Shown here: positions 58,665 through 64,000 of the stretch, in pieces
Numbering within the stretch: the first letter of the stretch is position 1
Layout of the letters: every line of letters starts with the position of its first letter
Source of the DNA: an uncultured Verrucomicrobiota bacterium
GTDB lineage: Bacteria; Verrucomicrobiota; Verrucomicrobiia; Limisphaerales; JAYPEY01
Assembly: GCA_964519245.1 (NCBI GenBank)
Contig: CAZFLK010000006.1
Span: 12,186 to 76,185 of the forward strand
Direction of reading: 5' to 3'
Length of the DNA: 64,000 bases
The notes under the pieces: generated by a model
Database searches by the model: none
Seen by the model: only the letters and a program-made list of their open reading frames with translations
What the model was told of the DNA's origin: nothing
Made by a program: the position numbers and the translations under genes

Positions 58665-58704
58665 CCACACTCCCACACTCCCACACTCCCACTCTCCCAC
58701 TCTC
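58665..58704 (+). repeat. tandem octamer repeat (CCACACTC x3, CCACTCTC x2) inside a 48-nt G-free tract
   Basis: Read directly from the sequence. Ends 8 nt before the DUF1501 start codon at 58713. Confidence 0.9.
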
Positions 58705-58712
58705 CTTTCCCC

Positions 58713-60164
58713 ATGGACCCCCGCATAGAACGAATCCAACTCCAAACCCGCCGGCATTTTCTGCGCGAATCCACCGCGGGCATCGGCGGCATGGCCCTGG
58801 CCAGCCTGATGTCCCGGGAAGCCTCGGCCGCGAAAACCCGGGTCGCCAATCCGCTGGCGCCGAAGCAACCGCAGTTTGCCGCCAAGGCCAAGCGCGTGAT
58901 CTACCTGCACATGACCGGTTCGCCGCCGAACCTGGACATGTTCGATTACAAACCCGAACTGGTGAAACGCGACAGCCAGGATTGCCCGGACAGCTTCCTG
59001 AAGGGCCGCCGCTTCGCCTTCACCACCGGCGTGCCCAAACTCATGGGCTCACCCCGCAAGTGGGGACAATACGGCAAGCACGGGACCTGGATGTCCGACG
59101 CCATTCCAAACTTTCATGGCATCGCGGATGACATGTGCGTCGTCAATTCGCTGCACACCGACCAATTCAACCACGCGCCCGCGGAGTTGTTGATCTACAC
59201 GGGTTCGCCTCGCTCGGGCCGTCCCTCGATGGGCTCCTGGGTGACCTATGGTCTCGGCTCCGAGAACGAGGACCTGCCCGGCTTCGTCGTGCTGATCTCC
59301 AGCGGCGTGCAACCCAACGGCGGCAAGAACTCCTTCGGCTCCGGCTTTCTGCCCAGCGTCTACCAGGGCGTGCAATGCCGCTCCAAGGGCGACCCCGTGC
59401 TCTACTCCTCCGACCCGGCCGGCATGAACCGCGACCTGCGCCGCGCCAGCCTCGACGCCCTGCGCGACCTCAATGAGATGCAGGCCAGGGAACTGGGCCA
59501 CCCCGAGACCCTGACCCGCATTTCCCAATACGAACTCGCCTTCCGCATGCAAACCGCGGTGCCGGAGGTCATGGACATCTCACAGGAGCCCAAAAGGATC
59601 CTCGAGGAATACGGCGCGCAGCCCGGCGGTTCCAGCCTCGCCAACAACTGCCTGCTCGCCCGCCGCCTCGTCGAGTCCGGCGTGCGCTTCGTGCAACTCT
59701 TCGACTGGGGCTGGGATTATCACGGCACCCGGGCGGACACCGGCATCACCGACGGCCTTACGAAGAAATGCGCCACCATGGACAAACCCGTCGCCGCCCT
59801 GATCAACGACCTCAAACGCCGCGGACTGCTCGACGAGACCTTGATCGTCTGGGGCGGGGAATTCGGCCGCACCCCCTTCCGCGAGGGCCGCACCGCCAAG
59901 AGCAAGGTCCTCGGCCGCGACCACTACCCCGACTGCTTCACCATGTGGATGGCGGGCGGCGGCGTGAAGGGCGGCTATCACCACGGCCAAACCGACGAAC
60001 TCGGCTTCTCGGTCGTCGACCAGGGCGTCCACGTCCACGACCTACAAGCCACCATCCTCCACCAACTCGGCTTCGACCACGAACAACTCACCCACCGCTT
60101 CCAGGGCCGCGACTACCGACTCACGGATATCCACGGGCACGTGGTCAAGGAACTGGTCGGCTGA
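58713..60164 (+). CDS. DUF1501 family protein (Tat signal, sulfatase-like fold)
   Basis: From ATG 58713: QTRRHFLRESTAGIGGMALASL Tat leader, KRVIYLHMTGSPPNLDMFDYKP, WGGEFGRTP, GRDHYP. Confidence 0.9.
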   Translation: MDPRIERIQLQTRRHFLRESTAGIGGMALASLMSREASAAKTRVANPLAPKQPQFAAKAKRVIYLHMTGSPPNLDMFDYKPELVKRDSQDCPDSFLKGRRFAFTTGVPKLMGSPRKWGQYGKHGTWMSDAIPNFHGIADDMCVVNSLHTDQFNHAPAELLIYTGSPRSGRPSMGSWVTYGLGSENEDLPGFVVLISSGVQPNGGKNSFGSGFLPSVYQGVQCRSKGDPVLYSSDPAGMNRDLRRASLDALRDLNEMQARELGHPETLTRISQYELAFRMQTAVPEVMDISQEPKRILEEYGAQPGGSSLANNCLLARRLVESGVRFVQLFDWGWDYHGTRADTGITDGLTKKCATMDKPVAALINDLKRRGLLDETLIVWGGEFGRTPFREGRTAKSKVLGRDHYPDCFTMWMAGGGVKGGYHHGQTDELGFSVVDQGVHVHDLQATILHQLGFDHEQLTHRFQGRDYRLTDIHGHVVKELVG

Positions 60165-60598
60165 GATGGGGAAAGCAAGTCGAGCGACATTCATTGCTCC
60201 TGGAAACTCGCGTAGCGAGGCGCATCCCAACGCGAAGCGTTGACAGCCCAAGTCGCCCCGGGTTGAGCCCGCCGCGCGGGCGACACCCGGGGGCATCACG
60301 CGATTCGCGGACTCCCTCAGGACGTGGATCTGACGGGCATCATTCGCGAACTGGCGCTGATTGTCAGCGCGGACGCCCCGAAGCTGCCAAGGCTTAGAAC
60401 CCTACGGGTCCGTATATGGGCGGGGCCACCGATTGCGCGTCAGCGTCTTGGAGTGCGGCGCTGTGCGCCGCCTTGTTGCGGGCGGGAGATTGCAAACCCG
60501 CTTCCTGTTCGGACGGGATGCGAGGCTCCAACGAACACGGAAGCTCATGGGAGCGACGTAATCGGCGAAATGCGGCTGTTACCGGCAGCCCCTACAAC

Positions 60599-61267
60599 CT
60601 ACTTCAACTCCCGGATCCGGATGTTGCGCCAGCGCACTTCGTAAGGGCCCGTTCCCTTTTTGATGCCGTGGACCTGGAGGCCGATGAAGCCCGCGGCGTC
60701 CAGATCATCCTTGAAGTCGGCGCACTTGACGCCATTGACCCAGGACTGGATGTGGTTGCCCTTGGCCCGAATGCGATACTTGTTCCACTCGCCGGTCTTG
60801 AAGGCGGCCTTCGCCTCATCGGAAAGCTCGGCGTGCCACTTGGTCCAGCGGCCCTCATCCCAGAAGTTGCCGGACGTGCCTTTGTCGCCCTTGGCGATCT
60901 CGCATTGATAGCCATAGACCTCGCCCTGCTCGCGGATGCGCTTGGGCTTGGAGGCCTGCGGCGTGGCCTTCTCGTAGACATGGCTGCGGATCTGGATGCC
61001 GGAATTCAACTCCGGGTCGCACTTCACTTCCAACTCCAGTTCGAAGTCCGCGTAATCCTTTTGGGTGGAGAGAAAGGTGTTCTTGGAGCCGTCGGCCGTC
61101 TTGCCGACGATGCAGCCATCCTCGACGCGATACGTGGCGAAGCCGCCCTTGGTTTCAAATTCCTCGATCTTCTTGCCGTCGAAGAGCGAAACCCACTTGC
61201 CATCGGCAGCGGCGGCGGTTGAAACGAGAGCCAGGCAGGCGGCAACGATAAAAGCGGCGGTTTTCAT
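60599..61267 (-). CDS. DUF1080 (3-keto-disaccharide hydrolase-like, concanavalin fold) secreted protein
   Basis: Signal peptide from ATG 61267. GKWVSLFDGKK...DFELELEVK...GIQIRS...EWNKYRIRAKGNHIQSWVNG...GFIGLQVHG...VRWRNIRIREL. Confidence 0.8.
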   Translation of the reverse strand: MKTAAFIVAACLALVSTAAAADGKWVSLFDGKKIEEFETKGGFATYRVEDGCIVGKTADGSKNTFLSTQKDYADFELELEVKCDPELNSGIQIRSHVYEKATPQASKPKRIREQGEVYGYQCEIAKGDKGTSGNFWDEGRWTKWHAELSDEAKAAFKTGEWNKYRIRAKGNHIQSWVNGVKCADFKDDLDAAGFIGLQVHGIKKGTGPYEVRWRNIRIRELK

Positions 61268-61360
61268 GATTCTGGATAGGATCGTTCGGTTGACTTCGGA
61301 GGCTGATTGGATCGCGAAGCGGAGCGGTAAATTCAAGGAGAATCACGGTAAAAGAAACGA

Positions 61361-61472
61361 CCGTTGAACGCTGAACGTCCAACTCTGGACTTCGATATGG
61401 GATTGGCGCGCCATGCGCGGAAGTCTTCGTTCAGAGTTCAACATTTGGAATGAAGCGTTTGACGTTCGTCTT
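61361..61472 (-). repeat. intergenic structured repeat, copy B (reverse orientation relative to copy A)
   Basis: Its reverse complement aligns colinearly with 29071-29170: AAGACGAACGT 11/11, TGAACTCTGAAC vs TCAACGCTGAAC, CGCGCATGGCGCG vs CGCGCAGGGCGCG, TGGACGTTCAGCGTTCAACG vs TGGACGTCCAAGGTTCAACG. Confidence 0.7.
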
Positions 61473-61538
61473 ACGCGACCTGCGGCGTCTTCGAAAACCG
61501 AACTGGCGGATTCCGTCCTATGAGGCTAAGAGAAGTCT

Positions 61539-62129
61539 GTGAAGACCGGATGGGCCATCGTCATCATGCTGCTGATTGCGGCCGACGCCCTCGCCGCCTG
61601 GCTGTGGCTGGAGAGTCGGCGCGAATTGGAGGTGGATCCCCTCGTGCACGAGGCGGCGATGAAGTACCGTGTGCAGCCTGCGCTTATCAAGGCGGTCATC
61701 TGGCAGGAGAGCCGGTTCGACGCCGACGCGCGCGGGTTGGCGGGCGAGGTGGGATTGATGCAGATCATGCCCGGGGCCGCGTCGGACTGGGCCTCGGCCG
61801 AACGACTCAAGGAGTTTCATCACGAAAACCTGATTCACCCCGGGTCCAACACCTTGGCCGGAGCCTGGTATCTCCGCAAGGCGCTCGAACGCTACACGCA
61901 CACCGACAACAACCTCCCCTACGCCCTGGCGGAATACAACGCCGGCCGACGCAATGTCCTGCAATGGAATGACGGCGCCGCCGAGACCAACAGCTACCGT
62001 TTCATCCAGCAGATCGAGTTTCCCGGCACCCAAAACTACGTGCGGTCAGTCATGACCAAGTACGCCGAGTATCTGCCCGAATACGGCATCCCCACCCGAA
62101 CGCGCGTCCAGACCGCTTCCGTGGATTAG
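61539..62129 (+). CDS. lytic transglycosylase (SLT domain), membrane-anchored
   Basis: IKAVIWQESRFDADA (catalytic Glu-Ser), GLMQIMP, LAEYNAGRRNV. Confidence 0.85.
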   Translation: MKTGWAIVIMLLIAADALAAWLWLESRRELEVDPLVHEAAMKYRVQPALIKAVIWQESRFDADARGLAGEVGLMQIMPGAASDWASAERLKEFHHENLIHPGSNTLAGAWYLRKALERYTHTDNNLPYALAEYNAGRRNVLQWNDGAAETNSYRFIQQIEFPGTQNYVRSVMTKYAEYLPEYGIPTRTRVQTASVD

Positions 62130-62144
62130 CAATGCTCGGCGCGC

Positions 62145-63707
62145 TCAACGCGTCCGAGCCGCAGCCGTGCCCACCTTGGGCAACCGATCCGCAAAGCCCG
62201 CGTCAGTCCTGCGCAATTCGGCGACCGTCGCCTCTCGGAGAGCCTGCAACGTCCGATCGTGCTTCGAGACCAGGGCCAGGTTGTCCAATTCCTCCGGGTC
62301 GCTCTCCAGGTCATAGAGTTCCTCGATCTCTCCCTCGACCAGGTTGCGGATATACTTGTAGCGGCCCAGCCTCAACGAAACCCACCACGGCACGCCGCTG
62401 GGAGAAAGCGTCGCGCGATCCGTGGGCACGACGTCCGTGGCCGAGCCGTAACTGCGCCCGGTGTGCGCCATCAGGGCCGGAAAGGACCAGGTCCGGTCCG
62501 GCTTCTCCAGCAGGGGCGTCAGATCCCGACCATGCATTTTCCAGGGCAGGTCGATGCCGGCAACCTTGAAGAAGGTGGGAATCAGGTCCGGACCGCTGAC
62601 CGGTCTGCCGCAGACCTCTCCGCTCGGCAACTTGGCCGGCATGCTGAAGATCAAGGGACTGCGGATGGTGGCGTCGTAGGGCGCCAGCTTGGAGCGAAAG
62701 CCGTGTTGCCCCCAGGCGAAACCCTGGTCCGAAGTGAACACGATCAAGGTGTTGTCGTATTGCCCGCTGTCCTTGAGGCCCTGGATCAGCTTCCCGACGG
62801 CTTCATCAAGCGCGAGCACACCCTGATGATATTGGCGGATCCAGGCGTTCAGGTCGCTGCCGTGCAATCCTCTGCCGGGAGTCACTTCGCCGGTGGCCCG
62901 ACGCCGCCCGGTGAAATGGGGTTTCCCATCCTCTCCCTTGAACCATCGCCCCGGCTGCTGGAGGTAGGCGGGCTTGCCCTCGCGCGGCGGATAGATGTCG
63001 GCGGGAATCGGAACCTCCGCATCGGGATAGGCCTCCAGATGTCGTTTGGCCGGGGTGAAGGGACCATGAACCGCGCCGTAGCAAAGCCACAGGTACCACG
63101 GCTTGTCCGGACTGCGGCCCTTGCCCTGCAAATACTCCAGGGCCCACCGCGTGTAGTTGTCCGTGGAATAGCCCTTGATGAGCTTGGCCGGAGCTCCATT
63201 GACCTCGATCATCTGGTCCTTGTAGTAGTTGCCGGCATTGGAGGCATGCCGCGGGCGGTTCCAGACGATCTGATGATCCCAGTCGCGGCCGTATCCCGTG
63301 TCCGTCCCCGTGTGCCACTTGCCAATGTGGGCCGTCTGATAACCCTTCGCGCGAAAGACCTTGGGCCAGAAGGGACACAGCTCAGGATCATACTCGCTGC
63401 CCGGATACCTTCCCTCCATCCGCATCGATTCCACGCCGTACTGTTGGCGGCCCGTCAGCAAGGTGGCGCGGGATGGCATGCACCACGTGCCAATGTAGGC
63501 GTGCCGAAAACGAACGCCCTTCCCTGCCAGCGCGTCGATGTTCGGCGTGCGGACCCAATCGTAGGCCTCCTCGTAACAACTGATCGTCCGGTGCGAATGG
63601 TCGTCCGTGTAGATGAACAGGATGTTGGGACTCGGAGCCGCGATCGATTGATACAGGCATGTCACTCCGGCCATGGCGGCCACGACCAGCTGAACAAGGC
63701 GTTTCAT
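62145..63707 (-). CDS. type-I sulfatase
   Basis: From ATG 63707: signal peptide MKRLVQLVVAAMAGVTCLYQSIAA, NILFIYTDDHS, C-M-P-S-R in GTWCMPSRATLLTG. Confidence 0.9.
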   Translation of the reverse strand: MKRLVQLVVAAMAGVTCLYQSIAAPSPNILFIYTDDHSHRTISCYEEAYDWVRTPNIDALAGKGVRFRHAYIGTWCMPSRATLLTGRQQYGVESMRMEGRYPGSEYDPELCPFWPKVFRAKGYQTAHIGKWHTGTDTGYGRDWDHQIVWNRPRHASNAGNYYKDQMIEVNGAPAKLIKGYSTDNYTRWALEYLQGKGRSPDKPWYLWLCYGAVHGPFTPAKRHLEAYPDAEVPIPADIYPPREGKPAYLQQPGRWFKGEDGKPHFTGRRRATGEVTPGRGLHGSDLNAWIRQYHQGVLALDEAVGKLIQGLKDSGQYDNTLIVFTSDQGFAWGQHGFRSKLAPYDATIRSPLIFSMPAKLPSGEVCGRPVSGPDLIPTFFKVAGIDLPWKMHGRDLTPLLEKPDRTWSFPALMAHTGRSYGSATDVVPTDRATLSPSGVPWWVSLRLGRYKYIRNLVEGEIEELYDLESDPEELDNLALVSKHDRTLQALREATVAELRRTDAGFADRLPKVGTAAARTR

Positions 63708-63800
63708 GGCCGGGGACCATGATCCGCGCCGGCGGAACAAGCAAGTCGCCGGCGCGCGCTTCCGACTGTTCAAGCGCCGCCAAACGCGTAAGCTGTCGGG

Positions 63801-64000
63801 ATGATATCCCGGAGAGAATTCGCGAGGCGTTCCGGAATGGCCGCAGGCATCGCCGCCACCGGACTGACCGCGCGTTCCCAGGACGGCGCCGACAACCCCG
63901 ATGCCGATTTCCTGCCGCCAGCGGAATTGAAGAAGTTGAGGATTTGGGATTCCTACTTCACCCCTTCCCATTCAAATCCCGGTCCCGATGGAAAACGATT
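63801..64000 (+). CDS. Tat-signal secreted protein, N-terminal fragment (family not determinable)
   Basis: Own translation from ATG 63801: MISRREFARRSGMAAGIAATGLTARS... (twin-arginine leader). Runs off the window. Confidence 0.45.
   Translation, partial: MISRREFARRSGMAAGIAATGLTARSQDGADNPDADFLPPAELKKLRIWDSYFTPSHSNPGPDGKR

Noticed and set aside
60478-60502. tRNA-Cys-like anticodon loop (TTGCAAA) in a GCGGG/CCCGC stem
   Set aside because: The loop is 10 nt, not 7, and no acceptor, D or T-arm (GTTCRANYC) can be found around it.

Overview
GC-rich bacterial chromosomal segment with about 50 protein-coding genes. I recognised no rRNA, tRNA, CRISPR array, integrase or transposase. Gene content points to the PVC superphylum (Verrucomicrobiota/Planctomycetota-like): six type-I sulfatases, two DUF1501 genes, one PSCyt1-DUF1549-discoidin-DUF1553 giant, plus DUF1080, DUF6807/PmoA and DUF3299 proteins. 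Housekeeping blocks are a fused 5-oxoprolinase, thrC-lysC, system-II cytochrome c biogenesis ccsB-ccsA, rho, glyA, a polyprenyl-PP synthase coupled to an ECF sigma/anti-sigma pair, dgoK plus a KDPG/KDPGal aldolase, a czc/cus-like heavy-metal RND operon (adaptor-pump-OMF), a MacB-type ABC pair and a ParDE toxin-antitoxin module. Because the DNA is GC-rich, almost every real gene is shadowed by long antisense ORFs in the supplied track, so I chose strand and start by recognisable protein motifs and by reading the DNA. Most worth a second look: (1) two colinear copies of a ~100-nt structured intergenic repeat (29071-29170 and 61361-61472), each in the same orientation upstream of an envelope-related gene; (2) three palindromic CGAATTC(G) units at exact 16-nt spacing in the rho leader; (3) unusual fusions: PlsC acyltransferase + YiiX/LRAT-like permuted papain domain, DUF6807/PmoA + sulfatase, LMW-PTP + RpiB; (4) a DUF3299 / radical-SAM-SPASM / GT2 / CYTH-CHAD block with no obvious substrate gene; (5) a sulfatase whose formylglycine motif reads C-V-V-A-R; (6) a low-GC four-helix-bundle (Avd / 23S-IVS family) gene wedged into a DUF1553-DUF1501 pair, followed by an octamer repeat; (7) a very His-rich small protein heading the RND operon. 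All family calls come from motif recognition by eye; no database search or folding computation was possible, and I found no single compelling novel multi-gene system.
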